Source: Paracoccaceae bacterium (GTDB lineage Bacteria > Pseudomonadota > Alphaproteobacteria > Rhodobacterales > Rhodobacteraceae). From it: a DNA stretch of 64,000 nucleotides. How positions within the stretch are numbered: the stretch's first letter is position 1; every line of letters begins with the position of its first letter. Under the pieces are notes generated by a model. That model was not told the DNA's origin, searched no databases, and was given only the letters and a program-made list of their open reading frames with translations. Positions 23,212 through 35,200 of the stretch are shown one piece after another. Location of the stretch: NCBI GenBank assembly GCA_964291375.2, contig OZ219810.1, positions 54,021 to 118,020 on the forward strand. Direction: 5' to 3'. Made by a program: the position numbers and the translations under genes.

Positions 23212-26200
23212 TCAACATTGTCGTTGATCGTCGGCGAGCCTGTCGGCGCGGTATTTACAACCTCGTTGACGATGGTGATCGTCTTCGGGGTGATACTGCC
23301 CGCAACCAGCGTCGTATCGCCATGGAGTGGCGGTGATGATGATTTTCTCGCCGTTGTCGTCGATGCTGTCGGCCACTGCCGTCACCGTCGTCTCAGCCGC
23401 GACCGAAGTTTCGTCCGCCGGAGGTTCGCCCGCCCGGAGCGTCAGGGTCTTGGTGCCGATGGTATAGTCCGCGCCCTCGGTCGCCGTGCTGCCGGCAAGC
23501 GACAGCGTGACCTGCTGATTTCGGCGGAACGTCACCCCGTTGGTGACCCCCACCCTGACCGTCGAAACGCCGCCAGCCTCGACAATAATGCCCGGCAACA
23601 CCCCCAGCTCCAGTTCTGCGACATCATTGTCGAGAATGGTGATCAGGGTTTCATCATTCTGAAGGGCATCGGAAAAAGTGAAAAAACTGTTTATGCCCGG
23701 ATTCCGTCCCACAAGCACTCTGAAGCTATGAGGCCCTTCCACCACATTATCATCTGCCGCCAACACTTGTATCGGTGCCTGTGCGCCCGCCGTAACCCCG
23801 CCCGAATAGGTTTTTGAGTAACGGATTTTATTGTTAGCCGGAAATGACGCATAGGTTGATATAAATTGATCACTTCCCAACTGAAAGCCTGTCGGTTGGG
23901 AAAAGCTGAGGTTCAGATCGAAATCAAATTCGATCGCTTTCGAGAAGTTGGGCACAAGATCAAGCGTATCCCCTTCCGTTACCTCGTAAGAGGTTTCGGC
24001 CAGGCTCACCGTGGCCGTGTCATCACTGGTAACTCTGCCAAGCGGTTGTGTCTCGGGCGTCAGCGTTTCCAGTGAAACGTCATAATCACCGAATACCGGG
24101 GCCGGGCCTTCCCACGCCATGGTGAACCCGAAATACTCAAATCTCTCAACCGTATCATCATCGAGGACCGGAACATCGAATGTGGCGCTGGTGGCCCCCT
24201 GGCTGATCGTCACCGTGGTATCAACCGCCGTGTAGTCCTGCCCCGCCGTCGCAGGGTGGTTGAGGCCTAAAATGTAATTGCCCGCATAGTCTGACGTGCC
24301 CATCCGCAGCGTCACGTCCCCGCTCAGCGCCACCCGGTCGCCATCTGCGTCCACAATCGCCAGAGTCACCGTCACAGGGTCGCCACTCGACTCGATCGCA
24401 CGGTATTCCCTGCGAGTTCTGAAAACATTGTCGAACTCAACGAATTTGATTGTGAGCGGGATTTTCTGCGTGTCGTTGCGCACGGACTGGCCGCTCAGGT
24501 TGGCGGCGTCATTCCCGGCCACGTCCTCAATCGGGTTTGTCCCGCCGGTATAGGTCAGCACCACCGCCTGATGGCTGAGCAGAAGCGATGTGGCCAGGGT
24601 CAGCCGCACCTCTGCGCCCGAGACCTCTGCCCCCGACACCGTTACCCCGGTGCCATCCGCTGTCACCGTGAAATCGCCCGCGCCCGGAACCGACGCCTCA
24701 TTCAGCGCCTCATCATAGGTCAGTGTCAGCGTTTTGCCGTTCCCCACCGCCGATTGCAGCACCGGCACACTGCGGTCCAGAACCGCCTGAGCAGTCAGGT
24801 TCGCGGCGTCACTCCCGGTCAAATCCTCAATCGGGTTGGTCCCTGCGGTATAGGTCAGCACCACAGGCACGCCATTGGTGACCACCGTCCCCGACGTCAG
24901 GGCCAGCACCACCGTCATGCCGGACACCGACACACCCGAAACCGTCACCCCGGTGCCATCCGCCGTCACCGTGAAATCGCCCGTGACAGGCACCGACCTC
25001 TCGTTCAGCGCCTCATCATAGGTCAGCGTCAGCGTATCGCCGTTCAGCGCCGCCGATTGCAGCACCGGCGTGTCGCCGTCCGTCACCGCCTGACCGCTCA
25101 GGTCATCGGCATCATTCCCGGCCAAATCCTCAATCGGGTTGTCGCCCCGCGTATAGGCCAGCCTCACCCGCAGGCCATTGGCAGGCGGCGGGGTCAGGGT
25201 CAGCACCACCGTCATGCCCGAAACCGACACGCCCGAAACCGTTGCCCCGGCATCGCCCGCCGTCACCGCAAAATCTCCCGGCACCGGCACCGACGCCCCA
25301 TTCAGCGCCTCATTATAGGTCAGCGTCAGGGTGCCGCCGATGATTTTCGCCGATTGCAGCACCGGCAGAACGTTGTCGAAATCGGTAATCGTGCCGGTTG
25401 CTGTCGTCGCTGTAGGGCTGGGATCAAGGGTCGCGTTGACCGGGCTTTTCAGCGTCACGGTGAAGGTCTCTTCCCCCTCTGTCACCGCGTCCTGAACCGT
25501 GGCTATGCTGATCGCCCCCTCGGTCGCCAGCGGCTCAAGGGTCACGGTGCTGTCCGCCGCCGTGTAATCGTCGGGCGCGACCGCCGTGCCGTCCGACGTG
25601 CTATAACCAAGTGTCACACGCTTTGCGCTCGCAGCCGAGAGCGTCACCGTGAACTCCACCGGCAACTCTTCCGAGGCCGTCCCGCCCGTGATCGACGCCA
25701 CCGGCGGCGGCACGGGGTTGGGCACGGTCGTGGTCGTCACATCCGCCACCGGATTCATGGCCGCGTCCCGGATCGGGTCTGTCCCCGGCGCGGTATAGCC
25801 TACCGTGACCTCCTGTGCATGAATGACCACCGGATCAAGGGTCAGCACCACCGTCATGCCACTGACCGCGACACCGGCAACCGACGCCCCGCCCGCCGTC
25901 ACCGTAAAGTCCCCCGCAGCCGGAACCGACCCCTCATCCAGTGCCTCATCATAGGTCAGGGTCAGCACCGCCCCGTCCTCACTCAGCACAATCGCATCCA
26001 GCAACGGCGGGGCGGTATCCGTCAGGGGCGTGGCATTGGCCACTTCCTGTTTTGTCAGCCCCGCCGCATTGTTCATCCACACGTCCCGGATCATGTCATC
26101 CTCGGGCGGCCCCGTCTGCGGCGTATAGACCAGCCGCACCCTCTGCCCGCGCAAAACCGCCGGGAACAGGGTCATATCCACCGTCGAGCCGCTGATGGTC

Positions 26201-29200
26201 ACATCCGACACCCTGACCGTATTGCCGTCCACCGTCACCGTGAAGGCATCGGCAGGCGGCACCGAATCCATATCCAGCGGCTCGCTATAGGTCAGCGTCA
26301 ACCGCTCACGATTGACCGAGGCCGAGGCCAGCACCGGCACGGTTTCGTCATCCACCGTCAGGATAAAGCTTGTCTCGACACTGCGGCCATCCTCTCCGTC
26401 CGTGCGGCCCGGCCCGTCATCGGCCTTCACCGTGACGGTGATCTCGCCCGCGGCAGATTGCGGCGGTATGCCGGAAAATGTCGTCCCGTCAAAGGCAAGC
26501 CATATGCCGGTGGCCGGATCGGTCAGCGCGGTGCCGTCCACGCTCGCCGTATAGGTCAGGGGATCATTCAGCGGGTCACTGAATGTCCCTGTCGGCAGGT
26601 CAAAGCTGAACGTGTTGCCTGCCACCACCGATTGCGCGGGGATGTCCGCCGCGACCACTGGCGGGGGGTTCTTGTAAAGCAACGCAACCGGCACCCTGTC
26701 ACGGGCATTGTCGCGGCCCCAGTCGAGGCGTCCGCCATCTGACCAGACGCGGAATGAGGGGATAGTGTTGAAACCGTCAGTACTGTCCTCAAAATCATAG
26801 GTCTCTCCGCCAACTTCCAGCGCCCAGCCATTCCTGATGGCTGCGCCGGGGTCTGAGTTGAACCTGAGATAAAGATTGGCAGTGTTAGAATTCGTTAAAA
26901 TGTCAGTAGATAAGTTTATAATTTCGTATGTGTCACTTCCCACGCTGAACGTGGCAACAGGGAGCAACTTCCCAAACATAGGAGTATTTCGAGATTCAAA
27001 CCCAAAGGCAAGACCGCTACCCCCAATCGTCAGGCAGGCGTCCCAGAAGACCTTCGCGGACGGCGCGGCGGGGCAGGACGGCGAGGTGTTGATAACCGTC
27101 TCATCCGTAAACCCATCAGCCGCATTGTTGCTGGTGTCGCGCAACTTGTTGGTGGAGTCATCGTCGTCATAGGACACCGTGACACGCTCACCGCTGATCG
27201 TGTTCCCGAGAATCGTCAGCGTCACCTCTGTGCCCGAGATCGAAACATCGGACACCGACGATACCGAATCGTCATCGTCGCCGATCTCGGTGCCGTTGAT
27301 CTTGACGGTGAACGCGGTAACGTCCGGTTTCGAGTTCGCATTCAGTGCTTCGTTATAGACAAGTGTCAGGGTCTTGTTGTTGACCGCCGCTGATTGCAGC
27401 ACCGGGCCGGTCACGTCGTTATCATTGTCCTCAATCGTGCCAGTGGCAGTTGCCGGGCCATGCCCCAAAATCGCGTTCACCGGGTTGCTGAGCGTAACGG
27501 TTAAGGTCTCGTCCGGCTCATGGTCGGTGTCATCTGTGGTTGAGATGGTGATCGTCTTGAAGTCATCCTCGTCCGACGCCTTAAAGACGAGTGTGCCGCC
27601 GCCTGCCGTGAAATCATCGCCCGCGGTCGCGGTGTCGCCGGTGACGGTGTAATCGACCGTTATATCAGCCGTATCTTCGTCGGCCCTTCCCGTCAGATCC
27701 ACCCTGAAGTTCAGAGCATTGCCTTCCTCGACCGATGCGACGCCCGAATCAAATGACACCGCCGGCAGCGTCGGCGTTATCTGCACTGTTTCCGTCTCCC
27801 GGCCATTGCCCACGGCGTTCACGGCCCGAAGCTGAAATTCATAGGTCGCACCGGCGGTCAGGCCCGTTACCTCGTGAAGGTTCACTAGCTGCGGGGCAGA
27901 GACGGTTGATGTCCATTCTGTCCATGTTCCCGTTTCCGGCGGTGTGCGGTGCCGCACCTCATAGCGGGTGATCGCCGAATTGCCGTTAAAGCCCGGTGGG
28001 TTCCAGCTCAGGAGCGCCCCCCTGACATCCGGGTCATTGAGGAGTATGATCGGCGGCTCGGGCGGGAACAGATTTGCAACCGTTACCTCATTTGAGGTGG
28101 CAGAGAGTGTGCGCCCAGCATCATAATAGACGGTCATGCTGAATGTGCTGCCTGCCCCCGGCGGGTCGGAAAATTCGATATAACCCGCTGTCGCGTCTGC
28201 AAGCGCCGTGCCACTGTCTATCGTGATGGCGGCGGGTGCGCCCCCCGACTCCGAGTCGGCCACAACATAAGATACAATGTCGCTGGTGTGCGAGGGCTGC
28301 TCCCAGGTGAAGTCGTATCTGAAGATGTGCGTGCCATCGTCCTGGTAAGAGTCACTGAGGGTTGGAGTGGCCAGTTTCGGCGGTTTGAAATCCACCGGCC
28401 CCACCGGATTGCTGACAAGCGTTTCCACATTGCTCGCAAGATCGGTGAAGCTGATCTGAACCTTTATGGTTGTGCCATAATCAGCGTCCTGAAGGGTGTA
28501 GGTTGTTGCCGTCGCGCCCTCAATCGGGGTCTCGTCCCCGCTGTCGCCATCAACCCGTATCCACTGCCAGGTGAGGTCATCAGGAAAACCGTCGTTGTCC
28601 GTGTCAGTAAAACCGTCCGCATCCATGATAGTGCCTGAGCTTGCCGTCAGCGTCTGGCCAACCTGCGCGTCGCCCGTAATCGTCACCGTTCCCGTCGCCG
28701 GGTTGGCCGGGCCGATCACAAGGGTGAAGGTATGGCTGGCACTGCCGCCCCTACCGTCATTCGCCGTCAGCTTTATCATCCACTCGCCTTCCGCCTCCGC
28801 TGGCGGGTTCGGGCTGACGAGGCCGCCCACGCCCGGGTCGTTCGGTGCGTATATGAGCCAAGAAGAGGGCAATTCGCTGTCGTCCGCCAGCGTTACGGTA
28901 TAGGTCAGACTATCCCCGTCCGGGTCGGTAAACATGTCCGCCGGGAAATTGTGGAAGAAACCGACACCAACAGACGCTTTCGGCAGTTCCACCACGTTCG
29001 TCACCACCGGCGGCCGGTTGACCGTCAGCGTGAACACATCGGCCACCATCCCGCCCTCGCCGTCAGCCGCCGTCACCTTCACCTGAAGCTCAAGCGCCCC
29101 GTCATAATCCGCAGCGGGCGCACCGGTGAACGTGGTTCCGTCAAAACTCAGCCAGGCGGGCAGCGCGCTGTCATCCTCCAGCGCCGCCGTATAGGTCAGA

Positions 29201-32200
29201 CTATCCCCGTCGTCCGGGTCGTTAAACGCACCTTCCGGCACCGCATAGTCGAGCGCATCGACCCCCACCGTCACCACCTGATCGGGAAGCTCACTCACCA
29301 CCACCGGGGCGCGATTCCCCTGCCGCAGGCTGACCACCACCCAATCGCCCACATCATCACTGCCCCAGGTAAAGCCGGGGCTGCTCCACCGGTAATGATT
29401 GCCCGCGCGCCAGGTGCTGTTGTCAAGCTCCAGGCTCTGCCCGGCAACCTCCAGGAACCAGCCATTGACCACCGGGCGCGGATCGCTCGTGAACGACAAC
29501 CGCAGCCCGAAACCACTGATCACAGACAACTCATCAACGCTGTTGCTCACCCCGCCATATTCAAAACCCGCCCCCAGAATCGCGCCTTTCGTGCCCCTGG
29601 CCCCATAGCTGATGCCACTCGCAATCTCTCCCACCAGCACGCATGACTGCCAGAACACCCCTTCCGGCAGCGCCGCATCAGAGGCCGGGCAGACATCGGG
29701 CAACACAAACGTATTCGCCACATTCTGCGGCGCAGTAAAACCCGCCGCCGCATTCCCGGCCACATCCTGAAGCCGCGCATCAGTCGCCAGCGCTGGCGTG
29801 GCATAGGTCACCGTCACCGCCTGACCCTCAAGCACCAGCCCCTCCAGCACCAGGGTCACCACCGCCTCACTCACCGCAACACTTGCCACCGTCCGGGTCA
29901 CATCATTCACCTGCACCGTGAACGCCCCCACCGCCGGAACCGCCGTCGCATCCAGCGGCTCGCTCCACGTCATCACCACCTCTCTCAGACCGCGCACCAC
30001 CGGCGGCGGATCGGTCACCAGCACCGGCAGAGTGGTATCGGCAACCGTGATCGCAAAGATGTCCTCAGCCGTATCGCCCGCGCGCCCGGTCGCCGTCACC
30101 TTCACCGACACCACCCCAATATCCGCGAACCCCGGCGTCCCCGAAAACACCCGCGTCGCCGGATCAAACGCCAACCACCCCGGCAACGCCCCGCCAGCCT
30201 CCAGCGTCGCCGCATAGGTCGGCGCGGCACTGTCCGGGTTGCTGAACGTCCCGTCCGGGACCGTAAAGCTGAACGCCTCCAGCGCCTCGGCACTCTGATC
30301 GGGAATCTCCTCCAACAGGATCGGTTTCCGCCGCAGGCTCAGCTTCTGCACATTGCCCACATCCGACGCGCCCCATATGCTGCCCGTATTTGTCCATTCA
30401 AACTGCACGCCGTCCCCCGCCTGCGCAGGGCCGCGGCGCGTCGCATTGTCAAAACTCAGGTCCGTCCCGCCCAGCCGCAACATCCAGCCCGCCACCTGCG
30501 CCGCAGTCAACTCCGGCTTGATCCCGATACGCACTATATACCCATCGTCACCACCATTATCGAAATTCAAGATTCTACTGAACGAGTATTCGGCCCCGCC
30601 AAAGGTAAAGCTCCGGGGCACAAGAAACCCGATATTTTCAACACTTGACCGGTAAAACCCGAACACACCACCAGGATCGCTCCCCACCTCTGCACAGGCC
30701 CGCCAGAACGCATTCGCGGGATGCCCGCTGGTGCTGCATTGGGGCGTGTTATTGGCCACACTCAACGGTGAAAACGCCAGAACCGGCAGGCCTTGCAGGT
30801 CCAGCAGCCTTGCGTGGATACCCCGGTCCGGCACCACATAGGACACCGCGACGGTCTGTCCATACGGCACCGGTTTCGCCAGACGCAGGGTCACCACCGC
30901 GCCATGCGAATGCGCCTCGGCCACATCAACCGACTCACTGCCGACAACCACCGGGAACATCTCCGTCGCCAACCCCTCAAAGACGCTTAAAGACTCCAAC
31001 GCCTCGCTGAAGGTCAGCGTTATCTCATCATAGCGCACAACGGGCGGGCTGGTCGTGCTGAGCACCGGCACGGTGGTGTCGGTGATGGTCAGCATAAAGG
31101 TCGAACTGGCCGAGTCACCACTGGCATTCGCGGCCTTCACCGTGATCTCGATTTCGTCAATATCGTCCCTCTCCGGCCTGCCGGAAAAGCTGCGCGCCGC
31201 CGGGTCAAAGCTCAACCATGCGGGCAGTGCGCTGTCATCCGACTGAAGCGCGGTAAAGGTCAGCGGGTCGCCGCTCGACTCGATGATGCTGTCTGCCGGG
31301 ATCGTGTAGGTGAACCCCTGCTCCACTTCCGCGTTCAGGTCGGGGATTGCCGTGACCAGCTCGACCGGCGGGGGCCGCAGGGTGAAAGCACGGGATAGTA
31401 CCTGCGACCGCCCCCACGCTAAGCCATCGCCGTTCCGAAAATAGAATACGTGGTCAGAAGCAGGAAATGCACTTGGACAGGCGATAGTTTTGAGGGCGGC
31501 ACCAAGTCTTACGCTAGTGTATTCAATACCCTCATTAAATTCCATGATCCAATCGAGGGCGGCTTCGCCCGGATCATCTGCGAAGCGAATGCTTATACAG
31601 TTGCCATCACCTCCTATCGCAGTGATTTTATGGGTCTTGCCGTGGCGGGTGAAGGTGCTGGCGTCATTGCCATTGGCATCGACCAAAGCGCCGACATCAT
31701 TGTCCCCCGGGTTGTCAATATATCCACCCCACGCAAAAGTAGGTTGAGAAATTGGTTCAAAATCCTCGCAATCCGGATTGTTAAGACAGCTTACTATCTT
31801 CATGCAGCCGCTCCAGAATGTGCCCGGATGTCTTTGCGACGGGCAGAGAAAGGAGGGCGTATTATTTGTCACGCTCTGATTGGTAAAACTGGCGACCTCT
31901 CCGCCCGTGACGCTCCGCAACGGCATCGCCCCGGCACCGGTTGGCCTGGTATAGGACACCCGGATTCCATCTCTGCGCTCAATCGGTATATCGAGCGTCA
32001 GGGTCACCACCATGCCGCTGATTGACACCGCCGACACACGGATGTGTCTTTTCGACATCGTGAACGCGGACTTGTCGGGCACCGATGTGCTGTCCAAATC
32101 CCTGTCATAGGTCAGGGTCAGGGTGGAGTGGTTGACCGCCGCCGATTGCAGTTCCGGCGGGGTCAGGTCCGGCTGCACCGCGATACCATAGGTCCGGGAT

Positions 32201-35200
32201 GATTTGCCGGCGGGCAGGCTGCTGTCCGCCACGGCCTCGCTGTTGCCGCTGTTGTTGTCATCCACGGTGACGGTCACATCATACCGGTTGTCCCCGTCCG
32301 CATCAGTCGGGTTCGAGTGGTCCGGCGCGGTTTTGAAAAACAGGCCGCGCACCTTTTCGTCCTCGTCACAGTCGTCGGTATCGGGGCAGATGCGGCCAAA
32401 TTCAAACAGGCCGGCGTCCGGGCCGGTCAGGGTCCAGGTCCAGTCGTCTTCGTCTTCATGGCCAGTGGTGGTGGGGGTGACGGCGCGGTTGCCCTCGGTG
32501 ATAATCGGGGCTCCCTGGCAGCGTAAGGGTGCCTGCGGCCCGCTGCACAGGGATACGGGCCGGGGCACCCAGAGGCGGACATCCGCGGAGTCGATGATGA
32601 CGGCATCTGCTCCGTCGGGTTTGTAATACCCTCTGACGCTGACCTTGTAGTATGCGCCGTTGAAATCGTCATAGTCGTCTGCAAGGGATACATCTACATT
32701 GCTGTTGCCACTGCCACCGTCGGACGTGAAGGCGATCTGCGTCTGCCCGCCCGGGTCAGGAAAGTCCGTGTTGTATGTGTGGAAGGTGGTGCGGTCATCG
32801 CTTCTGAAAACGACTTGATAGTCGGTGATGTTGGCGGGCTTGTTTGTCCACTCGAATGCGGTGGTGACACTCCATTCCGGGGTCAGTTTGGTGTCGTCAA
32901 AGACCCAGGAGAAATCGGCATCGGTGACGGTCAGGACGACGCCGGTGCCGTCCACATTGTGGCCGGTGAATGGCCCGAACCGGGCGTGGGTCAGGGCGGC
33001 GGCGTTGTTGTTTTCGTCCCGCACGGTGCCGGTCAGGCTGTTGGCGGGCACGGCTATGCCGTTGATGTCTTTGTCGGTGTCGGCGACGGTGTAGGTGAAG
33101 ACCAGTGTGCTGCCGGTGCTGGCAGTGGCGTCATGGGCGAGGGTTTTGGTGCTGCTGCCAAGGGTGAAGGCCAGCATCGGCGGGCTGGTGGCGTCGGCGG
33201 TGACCGGTTGGTCAAAGGTGACCCTGAAGGTGATTTCGTCACCCAGTTCATAGATGTCGTCCGGGCCGGGGTCGGATGTGACCTCGATGCCGGTGATTTC
33301 GGGCGGGTTGGTGTCGGCGGTCAGGGTGAGCGGGAGCGTTGCCGGGTTGCCCGCGCCATGCTCGGTGAAGACCGCGTTGGCCGGGAGTTGGAGCGTTATC
33401 GTGCCTTCAAAGTCGCTGTCCGGCAGGATGCTGAACGTATAGGTCTGCGGGTCGCCGGGGGCGGGCCGGGCGAGGCTTTGCGCGGTGCCGTTGGTGACGG
33501 CGAGGTCGTCGGCGGTCAGGTGGCTGCCCGGCGGGAAGTCGCCCTGCGCGTCGAGCACATCGGCGCTGAAGGTTATGGTGGCGTCGAACGCGCCGGTGAT
33601 CGGTTGGGTGGCGGTGGTGGTGAGCGGCGTGACGGTCAGGGCATCGGACGGGGTGGTCGTGGCCCGGAATTGGGCGCGGTCATTGCCGTGGTCGAGGGCA
33701 TCGGCGGGGAGCGTCACCCGGACGGTTTCGCCGCCTGATCTGGTGGCGCGGGCGATCACGCAGAAGGTGGTGGGAGCGTCGGGGATACAGTCCGCCCCCG
33801 GCGGGATGACCCGCTCGACCACGCTGTTGACGGCAGAGAAGTCAGAGATGTCCAGCCCGGTGACCACCCAGTCGAATTCGAGGCTGAGGCGGAAGGGCCA
33901 GCGGGTGACGGTGGCGGCGTCGGTCTCCCACGGTTGGAGCAGGCGGGTGAGGGTGACGGCGGTGCGGGCAACGTCAAGGGACGCGATGGTGAAGGCCGCC
34001 GCCGGATTGCCTGCCGCATCGCGGACCGGTTTTGCGCCGGGGGTGTAGACGAGCGCGGCGGTATCCCCGGCGACAAGCACCACGGGCAGGGTCAGCAGCA
34101 CCGTCTGCCCGGTGACAGCGACGCTTTGGACCGGTTGTGCGGTGCCGCTGTTGACCGTCACCATGAACGCGCCCGGTGCCGGGATGATGGCTTCGTTAAG
34201 CGCTTCGTTGTAGGTGATGGTCAGCAGGTTGCCCCGCGCGGTGACGCTTTGGCGGACCGGCGCGGTGGTGTCCGTTGATGTCGGCGTCGCCTGCGCTGGT
34301 GCCGATCCCGGGCCGGGGCCGACGGCGTTCACCGCCCGGACCTCAAATTCATAAGCGGTGCCGTTGGTGAGGTTGGTCACCGTGTGGGTGGTGGTGTCCG
34401 AACCGGTCGGTGCCCAGTCCTGCCATGTGCCCGTGGAGGGCGGCGTGCGGTGCCGGACCTCATAGCCGGTGATGTCGGAATAGCCGACATCCTGCGGCGC
34501 GGTCCATGACAGGGTTGCCTGACCGGCCCCCGCCACCGCTGACAGGCCGGTCGGGGCCGCCGGAATGAACAGGCTTTCGACCTGTAGCGCATTCGATGGT
34601 GGCACAGTGAGCCCGAGGCCGCTGTATGACGCACTAAGTTGGATAGTGTATTGGCCTTGGCGCAGATCACTAGCCTCAACATCGAAATAGCCCTCAGTTG
34701 CCTCTGCCGCGCTGACGCCGGGATTGAGGCTAAGCGTTCGTGCTGGCACCAGCGAAGAAATGAGCGTATAAAACTGAATATCCGCGGCGTTCGAGGGCTG
34801 GTTCCAGGTGAGGGTGAATCTCACCTTGCGAACCCCATTGTCGCTGAAGGTGCTTGATGGCGTCACCGTCAGCAGTTCCGGGGGCCTCAGCGTTACCTGG
34901 CGCGCCGCGTCGCTGGTCCGTGCCTCTTCACTGCCCCCGACATCGGTGAAGATCACCCGCACCTTGATCCGTTTGCCAAGATCGTCGTCCTGAAGCGTGT
35001 AAGCCGGGCCGGTCGCGCCCTCAATGTCGGTCTCGTCCCCGCTATCAACCCGTATCCACTGCCAACGGAAAGCCGCGTCATCGGTCGGCAGCCCGTCAGC
35101 GTCGGCAATATCGCCCCTGCCCGCCGTCAGCTCCTCGCCCACAACCAGCTTGCCGTCCAAAAGCGGCACCGCTGGCAGAGAGATCACCGGCTTACCCGTC

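Noticed and set aside
35095-35125. RGD tripeptide (LTAGRGDIADADG) as an integrin-binding motif.
   Set aside because: It is a single occurrence in about 10,600 residues, at a position where paralogous modules have AGD, SGI or SGT. That is expected by chance.
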